Positions 18,542 to 27,019 of a DNA stretch of 64,000 bases are shown piece after piece. The notes under the pieces are model-generated. The model ran no database searches. It saw only the letters and a list, made by a program, of their open reading frames with translations, and was not told the DNA's origin. The stretch lies in the NCBI GenBank assembly GCA_050250895.1, contig JBFWNU010000001.1:3251557-3315556 (forward strand). The letters are read 5' to 3'. A program made the translations under genes and the position numbers. The stretch's first letter is position 1. Each line of letters opens with the position of its first letter. This stretch comes from Vulcanimicrobiota bacterium (GTDB lineage: Bacteria; Vulcanimicrobiota; Xenobia; Xenobiales; JADMJV01).

Positions 18542-19243
18542 ATGCGAAGAATGCTTGTGGCCGGTTTGCTGGTCTGTCTGGGTTGCCTATCGGCCTGGGC
18601 GGGGGAGATCCGCGGCCAGATCGGTTTTGCGTCAGAGCTGCCCGCGCGTCACACCCGCGGGGATCAGGGCAAGTCCATGCGCCAACTCGAGAAGCAAGAT
18701 GGCTACGAGCGAGATTTTCTGGTGAAGGAGAATCGCATCGGTGGGGGGCTTCCCGAAGGGGCCGAAGTCAACGAGCACACCTTCGTGGTGGTCCATCTTA
18801 CCGAAAAGGCCGATGGAGCCCGCCTACGAGCCACTCCAGTCAAGACCCAGATCGATCAGCGCGACCGCCAGTTCAAGCCCCACGTTGTTCCGGTCGTGCT
18901 GGGTTCTGAAGTCGCCTTCTTCAACAACGACAGCTACTTTCATCACATTTTCTCGCCCTCGAAATTCGAGATCCGTAAGTTTCTCAAGGGGCAGCGCTAT
19001 GAGAAGCCGAGCAAGTTGGGGGCGTACGAGCTCTTTTGCAACATCCACCCTCGTATGAATGCCTACCTTTACGTCGTTCCCAACGACTTCTACGTGATGG
19101 CCGATGGTGAGGGCCGCTATCGACTCAAAGACGTGCCGCCGGGCCGTTACGTCCTGCGGGCCTGGCACCCCCGACTGCAGGCCAAAGAGGTGGAGCTAAC
19201 CGTTCGAGGAGAAGACACACAAGAGGCGAACTTCCGCCTATGA
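18542..19243 (+). CDS. Secreted cupredoxin-like protein with carboxypeptidase-regulatory-like tail
   Basis: Signal peptide; F-x-PHV, HHIFS, FCNIHPRM, VPPGRY...AWHP. Confidence 0.82.
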   Translation: MRRMLVAGLLVCLGCLSAWAGEIRGQIGFASELPARHTRGDQGKSMRQLEKQDGYERDFLVKENRIGGGLPEGAEVNEHTFVVVHLTEKADGARLRATPVKTQIDQRDRQFKPHVVPVVLGSEVAFFNNDSYFHHIFSPSKFEIRKFLKGQRYEKPSKLGAYELFCNIHPRMNAYLYVVPNDFYVMADGEGRYRLKDVPPGRYVLRAWHPRLQAKEVELTVRGEDTQEANFRL

Positions 19244-19905
19244 CCAGAACCTGGTTGAGGACACTTGCGGGGGCTTTCGTGGCTCTTTATCTGGCTGGCA
19301 CCCTGCCGGCCGAAGCCGGAGACATCGAGGGTCAGGTCTCGATCTCCTCGACGGTGCCCCCCCGCGTGCGGGGCAAGAAGAGGGTGTCTTACTACGAAGA
19401 CCAGGACGAGGGTGGGCTGCCTCCTGGCACCGAGGTCGATGAACGTGAGTTCGTGGTGATCGGGCTCGAGGGCAAGAACCTCAAGTCCACTCCCAAGACA
19501 GTGGATATGGTGCAGCAGAACAAAGACTTCGTGCCCCACGTGCTGGTGATCTCGCGGGGGTCGACGGTTCGCTTTGTCAACAACGACCGCATCTATCACC
19601 ATATCTATTCTGTGTCAAATCCCGGCGCCTTCGAGATTCGCCGCTATCTCGGCAAGAGCAAGACCAAAACGTTTGAAGAACCCAACGACCTCGAGATTTT
19701 CTGCGGCATCCATCCGCGGATGAACGCCTATATTTACGTGGCTGACAACGACTTCTTCTGCCAGCCCAAGGGCGGAAGGTTCAAGCTCAAGGGCGTTCCC
19801 GCCGGTACCTACACCCTCAAAGTTTGGCATCCCCGTCTCAAGACGGTGACGCGCCCGGTCACGGTGCCCGAATCGGGAACGGCCACGGTCGATCTCAAGC
19901 TCTAG
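19240..19905 (+). CDS. Secreted cupredoxin-like protein (paralog of the preceding gene)
   Basis: Signal peptide; HHIYS, FCGIHPRM, VPAGTY...VWHP; ATGA overlap. Confidence 0.82.
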   Translation: MTRTWLRTLAGAFVALYLAGTLPAEAGDIEGQVSISSTVPPRVRGKKRVSYYEDQDEGGLPPGTEVDEREFVVIGLEGKNLKSTPKTVDMVQQNKDFVPHVLVISRGSTVRFVNNDRIYHHIYSVSNPGAFEIRRYLGKSKTKTFEEPNDLEIFCGIHPRMNAYIYVADNDFFCQPKGGRFKLKGVPAGTYTLKVWHPRLKTVTRPVTVPESGTATVDLKL

Positions 19906-21876
19906 ATGAGACTGCGTCATGAGTTGATGCTGTTTTTCGGGGGTCTTCTGTTGATCTTTGGGGGCATCGTGGTCTACGTCAACTACGTTCAGCTCTCCCA
20001 GACGCTGGCCGAGGGCCTCAGGCGCCGCCTCTCTCCTCGCTCCTACCAACAGCTGGCCCAGGTCGAACACCGGCTGCTACTCGAGAAGGCGCAGGCCATA
20101 GCGCTTCACAACGAACTCGGTCGCTATCGCAATACGGCCAATAGCTTTTTGCGCTCCGAGAGCCACGTGCCCGAGGACCTGGTCCTGAGCCAAGCGTTCG
20201 AACTCAAGGGGCAGAAGCTGGCCCCCGGGGCGGTCGTCAAGCGGGGGACCCCAGTCACCAAGCGCGAGATGCTCAACCTGTTGTGGGCCATCGACTACGA
20301 CCAGAATCCCTGGCTCGGCAATGACTACACCACCATGGCCGAGCCGCTCTCTCAGCGAGACCAGCGATTGCGCCCGATGACCGAGGCCTGGCAGGCCCTG
20401 CTCAGCCTTCAGGGCGAGTCTGGCGAGACGTTCGGAACGGTGGTGACCCGCCAATCGGAGTTTGACCTGGTGGCCTTCTGCGACGAGCAGGGCGACGTGA
20501 TGACCGAGGTGCTACGCGACCACGAGCGCCATCAGGCTCCCCTGGTCTCTAGCCTGGCCACCAGCCGGTTGGTGGCGGAGGTGCTGGGCGGACAGGCTTA
20601 TTCGACGGGGTACATTCTCTATCCTGACCCGGACCACCGGCAAGGCCAGCTCTATCTCTGCTCGGCCGTGGCTTTGCGGGTCGGGCCGAGAGGAGACGGC
20701 GCCCTGGTTCTGGGCAAGCGGCTCGACCGCGAATTAGCCGAGCAGGCCTCGCAGGTCACCCTCGATGCTGAAGTGGCAATTCTTTTCGCCGACCAGGTGG
20801 TGGCGAGTTCGGACCATGCCGAGAAGTTGGGCCAGAGCTTGCTGGCTCGCGGGGGCGGGCAGCTCGAGCAAGAGCAAGTGTCGGTCGATGGCGAGAGCTA
20901 TCTTCAGACCAACCTGGCCCTGGCCTCGCAAGCCGAAAGCCAGGACGCCGAAGGCCGCATCTATTTTCTCAAGAGCGCAGCCGAGATTCGGGACGAGGTG
21001 ACTAATCAGGCTCGTCTCACCCTGGTCATGGGCGGTCTGGTGCTGGTGGTGGCCCTGTTGCTGGTGCCGGTGGTGGCTCGACGCTTCACCGAGCCCATCG
21101 CCACCTTGACCCAGGCCATGTCCAGGGTCGGCGAGGGCGTGCTCGAGAAGTTGCCCGCGCGGGCCATCTCGGGCAGTATCGAGGTTCGGGCCGCGGCCGA
21201 GTCTTTCAACCAGATGGTGATCGGCCTGCGCCAAAAGAAGCAACTCGAGCAGTTTGTGCCCCTGGGCACCCGGCAGGCAGTCGAGAACTCGGAAGGCGCC
21301 CAGCAGACCCTGGGCGGGAAGCGCATCACCCGGACCATCATGTTCAGCGACTTGCGAGGCTTCACCTCGATGTCCGAGCGGCTCGAGCCCGACGAGGTGA
21401 TGAGCGTGCTCAACGACTATCTGCAGTTGATGACCGGCATCATCCGCAAGCACGACGGAGACATTAACGAATACATTGGCGACGCCATCCTGGCCGTCTT
21501 TAGAGAGCCGGTGGGCGCCATTCGTGCGGGTTATGACATGTATCGGGCCCTCGAAGAGCTACGCCAGACCACCACCAGCGAGGCCGTGGCCTCACTGCGC
21601 CAGGGTATCGGCTTTCATACCGGCGATCTGGTCGAGGGCAACATCGGCAACCAGGGCGACCGCATGAAGCTCTCGGTGATCGGCGATACGGTCAATCTGG
21701 CCGCTCGCATCCAGGACCGCTCTCGCGAGGGTCAGCACACCTGTATCTTCATGAGTGGAGCGGTCCGCGAGCACCTGGGAAAAGAGTTCGAGGTGGCCCA
21801 TTTCGGCGACGTGGCTTTCAAGGGCAAGGCCGAGCCAGTACCGGTTTTCGAACTGGTGACTATTCGTTCATCATGA
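19906..21876 (+). CDS. Membrane-bound class III nucleotide cyclase (periplasmic sensor, HAMP, cyclase)
   Basis: Two TM helices; HAMP domain; FSDLRGFT, YIGDAI, GDTVNLAARI motifs. Confidence 0.92.
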   Translation: MRLRHELMLFFGGLLLIFGGIVVYVNYVQLSQTLAEGLRRRLSPRSYQQLAQVEHRLLLEKAQAIALHNELGRYRNTANSFLRSESHVPEDLVLSQAFELKGQKLAPGAVVKRGTPVTKREMLNLLWAIDYDQNPWLGNDYTTMAEPLSQRDQRLRPMTEAWQALLSLQGESGETFGTVVTRQSEFDLVAFCDEQGDVMTEVLRDHERHQAPLVSSLATSRLVAEVLGGQAYSTGYILYPDPDHRQGQLYLCSAVALRVGPRGDGALVLGKRLDRELAEQASQVTLDAEVAILFADQVVASSDHAEKLGQSLLARGGGQLEQEQVSVDGESYLQTNLALASQAESQDAEGRIYFLKSAAEIRDEVTNQARLTLVMGGLVLVVALLLVPVVARRFTEPIATLTQAMSRVGEGVLEKLPARAISGSIEVRAAAESFNQMVIGLRQKKQLEQFVPLGTRQAVENSEGAQQTLGGKRITRTIMFSDLRGFTSMSERLEPDEVMSVLNDYLQLMTGIIRKHDGDINEYIGDAILAVFREPVGAIRAGYDMYRALEELRQTTTSEAVASLRQGIGFHTGDLVEGNIGNQGDRMKLSVIGDTVNLAARIQDRSREGQHTCIFMSGAVREHLGKEFEVAHFGDVAFKGKAEPVPVFELVTIRSS

Positions 21877-22240
21877 GACGGATGACGTTGCGGCGGTAGT
21901 GGTTCCACTGCTCGTCATTCATCTGCGAGCGGCAGTCAAACATCTCGTCGACATACAGATGCTGTAGCTTGAGTTCCACATCCATCAGTTCGCGGAGCTT
22001 GGCCTTGATTTTGGGTGATTCGGGGTCGCTGGCTTTGAGCAGTTGCATCAGGTCGAGCTTCTTGACCCGCAGTTGTTCGAGCACCTCCTGGCGCTTGGAG
22101 GCGTAACCTGAACGAATCTTCTGCAGGGCCACCGCCTGCTCGCGAGTCAGGCCCATGTCGCCCGGGTTCTGGGCGGCGGCCGGAGCGAAGACGGCCAGGG
22201 TCAACAGCAGTGCAACAACGCGGATTCTAGCGAATGCCAT
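21860..22240 (-). CDS. Spy/CpxP-like periplasmic helical protein
   Basis: Signal peptide; LTREQ and MNDEQ (LTxxQ-type) motifs; last gene of the ECF sigma operon. Confidence 0.75.
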   Translation of the reverse strand: MAFARIRVVALLLTLAVFAPAAAQNPGDMGLTREQAVALQKIRSGYASKRQEVLEQLRVKKLDLMQLLKASDPESPKIKAKLRELMDVELKLQHLYVDEMFDCRSQMNDEQWNHYRRNVIRLMMNE

Positions 22241-22775
22241 CACTGACGAACTCGACCTCGGGGGCTGGGTCCCAGGCCTGATCGGCCACATCCAGCAAGG
22301 GCGTCGAGACGCGGCCGATGCGCGGTGCCGACAGGGTCATCAGCAGATCGGCATCGAGCGGACTGGATTGGCCGCGGGCGAGATTGACCGGAGCCGAGAC
22401 AGGGGCGGCCGGAGACGGTGTCTCTTCGAGCGCGGCCGGGGGGGCGGTCAGCATACTGCCCACCAGAAAGCCGGTGATCAACATCGAGGCGCCGGCCGCC
22501 AGGCGAATACCGAACCAGCCTTCGAGGCGCTCGCCCCAGCCGGTTTTGACGGGCTCGTGGCGCAGCTTTTCCCACACCTGAGCGCGAAAGGTGGGACTGG
22601 GTTCGAGACCTTCCCAGGCGTCGAGAGCCTCCCAGGCGGCTATCAGCAGGTCGAGTTCGTGCTGGCACTCGGCGCACTTTTCGAGGTGCGCCTCGACCTG
22701 CTGAGTCTCATCGGCCTCGAGGTCGTCTTCGCTGAAGGCCGGAAGTAGTCGTCTGATGTCGTTGCAAAGTCGCAT
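22227..22775 (-). CDS. Zinc-finger (ZAS) anti-sigma factor
   Basis: HLEKCAEC (HxxxCxxC), single TM helix, directly after the ECF sigma gene. Confidence 0.9.
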   Translation of the reverse strand: MRLCNDIRRLLPAFSEDDLEADETQQVEAHLEKCAECQHELDLLIAAWEALDAWEGLEPSPTFRAQVWEKLRHEPVKTGWGERLEGWFGIRLAAGASMLITGFLVGSMLTAPPAALEETPSPAAPVSAPVNLARGQSSPLDADLLMTLSAPRIGRVSTPLLDVADQAWDPAPEVEFVSDGIR

Positions 22776-22777
22776 GG

Positions 22778-23461
22778 CTAAGCGGTGATCTCTTGGTTCT
22801 CCAGGTAGGGTTCGAGTTTCTTTCTTAGATTGAGCTTGGCCCTGTGCAGACGAGATTTGACAGCCGGTATCGAAAGACCTAGCGTGTCGGCAATCTCTTC
22901 ATAGGCCAGCCCCTGATAGCGCTGCAAGATGACCGCCACGCGCTGCTCTTCAGGCAGGTCCATGACCGCTTCGCGCACGACTTCAGCCAGTTCCTGGCGA
23001 GCCAGATGGTCCTCGGCCGAGCCGGCCGGGTCTTCTAGCTCTCGCTTAAGAGGCTGGTCCTCATACCCCGGGCGCGGGGCATCCAGGCTGTTGGTCCGCC
23101 GACGTTGCGCCTTGGCGCGGGCGTTGCGGCAGAGATTCAAGGTAACTTTATAGAGATAGGTGAAGAATTTGGCTCGGGCCTCGAAGCGACCGGCTGCCCG
23201 ATAGACACGCAAGAAGACTTCTTGAGCGAGATCTTCGGCCGATTCTCGATCACCGGTGAAACGAAAGACAAGATTCACGACCGTCTTTTCGTACTTCTTC
23301 ATTAGCAGATTGAAGGCTTCTGAGTCCCCTGCCTTCACCCGCTCCATGAGAGCGATATCTTCATCCTTGGCCAGGTCGCTGCGAATTTCTCCTTTGCGTT
23401 CCTGGTCCTGGCCGGACAGGTCCAGCCTATTCAAACGTGCCTCCATCACGGCGAGCATCAT
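22778..23461 (-). CDS. ECF sigma-70 factor (RpoE/SigW-like)
   Basis: AEDLAQEVFLR, YEEIA...VKSRLHRA. Confidence 0.95.
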   Translation of the reverse strand: MMLAVMEARLNRLDLSGQDQERKGEIRSDLAKDEDIALMERVKAGDSEAFNLLMKKYEKTVVNLVFRFTGDRESAEDLAQEVFLRVYRAAGRFEARAKFFTYLYKVTLNLCRNARAKAQRRRTNSLDAPRPGYEDQPLKRELEDPAGSAEDHLARQELAEVVREAVMDLPEEQRVAVILQRYQGLAYEEIADTLGLSIPAVKSRLHRAKLNLRKKLEPYLENQEITA

Positions 23462-23518
23462 AAACCTCCAGAGGTGTCAACTGATCGGTATAACCGGTCG
23501 CCGTTGAGAAAGGTTTCG

Positions 23519-24637
23519 CTAGTCCTCGCTCTCGTCCCCCGTTTTTTTCGTTCGAGGGTGCAGATCAAGACAAGCCCGCAGCATTTCTAGACTGAGAACC
23601 TCGGCCTCTCGGCCGTGGGTGACCAGCCTCAATTCGCAGATGTCGACGGCGCGCCAACAATCTTCCTCGGCCACTGCCTCGGCCCCCCTGGCCAGGGCGC
23701 TCAAGATGGAATACACCTCCACCACCTGCGGGAGCAGCACCAGGATCAGGAAACGTTCCAGCAGCGAGCGCCCGCCCAGCAGGTATTTGCGAAAGAGCAG
23801 GGCATCGAGATAGCGTGGCAGCAGAGTTCCCAGCTCGGGAGTAGGAAACTCGGTCAACTGGTTCCAACTGCCCCGAAAGTCAAGGCTGGCGAAGTTCACC
23901 GGTTGGCCGGCCTCGAGCGCTTCGACGAAGCCGCGGTTGGCCTGGCCGGGCGCCTCGACCCGCCCCATGAGTCCGCGCACGCAGAGCCAGCTCAGGCCTA
24001 TCAACTCCGGCGGCGGCGCGGGTAGGTCGTGACTCAGCAGGGCACTCAGGTGGTCGGCCTCGAGCCGCTGCGGCCCCACCTGGCCAACCAGGGCCCAGAA
24101 GACGGGCACCAGACTCTGGTGGCCGTGGAGGGCCAGCCGCTGACGAAGGCTCCGCTCCAACTCGCGATAGCCTGGCCAGTCCAGGCTGGTGCGGCGGGCC
24201 AGGCGGATGGGCCCGAAGCCCAGTCGGGGAGGGGTGTCGGAAACGAAGCTGGCGTGCTCGGCCAGAGCCCGCCCACTGTTGCGCGCGATGGCCGTACAAT
24301 AGAACGAGACGCCCACGAACAACCCATCGGGAGTCTCCACCGGAAAGAAGGGAAACTGCCTGCAACTGGTGGGCTTGGCGGCCGGGCCAAGGGTGGCGTG
24401 AATGTGGCAACGGTTGCCCTCCAGAAAGACGCAGCCGCCCTCGCAATTGGTCAGAACCAGTTGCTCCCGGCTTTGGGCGAAGGGCTCGAGTCCCAGCCCC
24501 TCGACGCGTCGCACCGACTCAGAATCGATCAGGCCCTGGAAGACCTCTTGAGAAACGGGGATTTTCCAGGCGGTTCGACAACTCTTGGCGCACTGCAAGC
24601 AGTCGTAGTGCTGGCCCGGCAGGAAGTGAATATCCAT
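23519..24637 (-). CDS. YkgJ-family cysteine-cluster protein
   Basis: YDCLQCAKSC...CVFL...CHIH...KPTSCRQFPF...SFYC. Confidence 0.85.
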   Translation of the reverse strand: MDIHFLPGQHYDCLQCAKSCRTAWKIPVSQEVFQGLIDSESVRRVEGLGLEPFAQSREQLVLTNCEGGCVFLEGNRCHIHATLGPAAKPTSCRQFPFFPVETPDGLFVGVSFYCTAIARNSGRALAEHASFVSDTPPRLGFGPIRLARRTSLDWPGYRELERSLRQRLALHGHQSLVPVFWALVGQVGPQRLEADHLSALLSHDLPAPPPELIGLSWLCVRGLMGRVEAPGQANRGFVEALEAGQPVNFASLDFRGSWNQLTEFPTPELGTLLPRYLDALLFRKYLLGGRSLLERFLILVLLPQVVEVYSILSALARGAEAVAEEDCWRAVDICELRLVTHGREAEVLSLEMLRACLDLHPRTKKTGDESED

Positions 24638-24700
24638 CTAAGTCGACTTTCGGCGGCCAGCGGGGCTTTACTGCTGGTGGGGGGGCTCCCCCACGAGCAC

Positions 24701-25000
24701 CTACTTCTTGGACTTGGTCTTGGCCGCCTTGGGCACGACGGTTTCGTCGCAATCGTCGGCGGGAGCGGGAATGACGTGGGCGGCCACCAGTTGACCGACC
24801 CGGCGGGCGGCCTGGGCAGCTGCCTCGGTGGCGGCCTGGACCGCGCCCACATCACCGCGGAAGTGGACCGACACCAGGCCGGCCTGGACCTGCTCATAGC
24901 CCACCAGTTCGACATTGGCCGTCTTGACGGCGGCGTCGGCGGCCTCGATGGCGCCCACTAAGCCTAAGGTCTCGATCATTCCCAGGGCACGTCTGCTCAT
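24701..25000 (-). CDS. Bacterial microcompartment hexamer shell protein (BMC-H)
   Basis: [22 protein letters not shown]...[10 protein letters not shown]...HVIPAP. Confidence 0.95.
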   Translation of the reverse strand: MSRRALGMIETLGLVGAIEAADAAVKTANVELVGYEQVQAGLVSVHFRGDVGAVQAATEAAAQAARRVGQLVAAHVIPAPADDCDETVVPKAAKTKSKK

Positions 25001-25036
25001 TGGTCCACCTCTAATAATTTCCAGGCTAGTTCCGGT

Positions 25037-26128
25037 TTAAGCTTGTAGATCCTGCCCGGGGTCGAGCAGGTCGGGCCCTATGTCGGCCAGAGTGGGGGTT
25101 CCGCACAAGGCCATGGCCAGGTCGATTTCGCGTCGGAAGAGTTCGAAAACCTGGGTCACTCCGGCCTCGCCCGCGCTGGCCAGTCCCCAAAGGATAGGCC
25201 GGCCGATCAGCACGGCCGAGGCTCCCAGCGCGAGGGCTTTGACCACATCCGTGCCACGCCGCACTCCCCCATCGAGCAAGACGGGAATGCGACCGGCCAC
25301 GGCCCGGGCGATGGGGCCGAGCACCTCGATGGTGGCCGGCGACGTGTCGAGTTGGCGGCCGCCATGGTTTGAGACCACCAGACCAGAAGCGCCGGACTCG
25401 ATGGCCCGCCGGGCGTCATCGACCCGGACCACGCCCTTGATGAAGACTGGCAGGTCAGAGATCGAGCGCAGCCACTCGATATCTTTCCAATTGAGGCTGT
25501 CGTCGATCATCGAATAGAAATAGGCAGCCAGACCCGAGTCGTTGACGGTTGCAGGCAGATCGGCCAGACCGGCGGCGGTCAGGTTGACCACTTTGAGGCC
25601 TTCGGGCAGGGCGAAGCGGTTGCGAACGTCGGCCTCGCGGCAGCCCAACAAAGGAGCATCGACCGTGACCACCAGCGCTCGAGCCCCGGCGTGGCGAGCT
25701 CTGGCCACCAGCTCGTGGGTGGCCTGCCGGTCCTTGTAAACGTAAAGTTGGAACCAGAATTGACCACCGGCGGCCTGCGCCACCTCTTCCATGGGATAGT
25801 TCGACAAAGTGCTCAAGATCATGCTGGTGCCGGCTTTTGCGCAAGCTCGGGCGGTGGCGAGCTCGCCGTCGGGAGTCGCCATGGCATGAAAGGCGGTGGG
25901 TGCCGCCAGGACCGGCAAAGACAGAGGTTGGCCTAGCAAGGTGGTGCGGGCTGAGCGAAGAGAAACGTCGACCATCACCCGATAGAAGAGGCGAATCTCG
26001 TCGAAAGCCGCTCGGTTGCGAGCCAGGGTCACCTGATCGTGGGCCCCGCTGACATAGTAGTCATAGGCCGATTGACTCAGCTTTTGACGAGCGATCTCCT
26101 GGAAGTCGTCGAGGTTTACAGGTTCCAT
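25037..26128 (-). CDS. FMN-dependent alpha-hydroxy-acid oxidase (glycolate/lactate oxidase family)
   Basis: WFQLY, VSNHGGRQLD, DGGVRRGTD; start set at MEPVNL. Confidence 0.94.
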   Translation of the reverse strand: MEPVNLDDFQEIARQKLSQSAYDYYVSGAHDQVTLARNRAAFDEIRLFYRVMVDVSLRSARTTLLGQPLSLPVLAAPTAFHAMATPDGELATARACAKAGTSMILSTLSNYPMEEVAQAAGGQFWFQLYVYKDRQATHELVARARHAGARALVVTVDAPLLGCREADVRNRFALPEGLKVVNLTAAGLADLPATVNDSGLAAYFYSMIDDSLNWKDIEWLRSISDLPVFIKGVVRVDDARRAIESGASGLVVSNHGGRQLDTSPATIEVLGPIARAVAGRIPVLLDGGVRRGTDVVKALALGASAVLIGRPILWGLASAGEAGVTQVFELFRREIDLAMALCGTPTLADIGPDLLDPGQDLQA

Positions 26129-26179
26129 AGGCCACCGTTCAAAGCAGGGAACGGGCCTTCCTTCGCCACACTCGCCCTC

Positions 26180-27019
26180 ATGACTTATCAGGATTTCGAG
26201 GTGGGGGGGCTGGCCGCCAGGCGCTGGGGCTTGGGCCAGCCGTGCCTGGCTCTGCATGGTTGGATGGATAATGCGGCCACCTGGGATCGGCTGGCCCCAC
26301 TGCTGCCAGGTCTCGAGTTGGTAGCCCTCGACCTGCCGGGGCACGGTCGCTCGCCCCACCGCCCGGCCGAAGCCTTCTATCACTTTATCGATTGGATTCC
26401 GGCCGTGCTAGCCGTCACTCAAGAACTTGGCTGGACACGCTACCACTTGCTTGGCCACTCGATGGGGGCCGGCATCGCCAGTCTGGTGGCAGGGGCTGTG
26501 CCCGCCCAGATCGACCGGCTGCTCCTGGTGGAGGGATTAGGCCCTTTCACCAGCCCCGAAACCGAGGCGCCAGCCCTGTTGCGGCGCTCGCTGAGTCATC
26601 GGTTGAGCGGGCGCCGGCCCGTCTATGCCGATCGGGAAGCGGCCGTGGTTCGGCTGGAAAACCGGGGATTGAGCCGGGCCGGGGCCGAGGCTCTGGCCGG
26701 CCGGGCCGTGGTCGAGGTGGAGGGAGGAGTGGCCTTCAGCTATGACCCTCGCCTGCGAACGCCTTCTCGGGCGCGCTTGACCGAAGGTCAGATTCGGGCT
26801 TTTCTGGCCGAGATCACCGCCCCTACGCTATTGGTGTTGGGACGACAGGGTCTGGAGATACCTGACCAGATGCTGGGCCAGCGGGCTCGGCTGGTGCCCG
26901 ATCTCAAGGTGGTCAAAGTGGAGGGAGGCCACCATCTGCACCTGGACCGACCCGAGGCGGTGGCCCCGGTGATGAGAGACTTCTTAGACCTCGGGCTGGC
27001 GAGGGGTGGGCGGGGGTAG
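26180..27019 (+). CDS. Alpha/beta hydrolase
   Basis: HGWMDN, DLPGHG, GHSMG nucleophile elbow, GGHHLH. Confidence 0.92.
   Translation: MTYQDFEVGGLAARRWGLGQPCLALHGWMDNAATWDRLAPLLPGLELVALDLPGHGRSPHRPAEAFYHFIDWIPAVLAVTQELGWTRYHLLGHSMGAGIASLVAGAVPAQIDRLLLVEGLGPFTSPETEAPALLRRSLSHRLSGRRPVYADREAAVVRLENRGLSRAGAEALAGRAVVEVEGGVAFSYDPRLRTPSRARLTEGQIRAFLAEITAPTLLVLGRQGLEIPDQMLGQRARLVPDLKVVKVEGGHHLHLDRPEAVAPVMRDFLDLGLARGGRG

Noticed and set aside
19906-21876. Pycsar/CBASS defence cyclase
   Set aside because: It is a TM-sensor-HAMP cyclase with no cNMP-binding effector gene nearby.
24701-25000. Complete microcompartment or carboxysome locus
   Set aside because: Only one shell gene; no BMC-P, BMC-T, RuBisCO or signature enzymes in the window.
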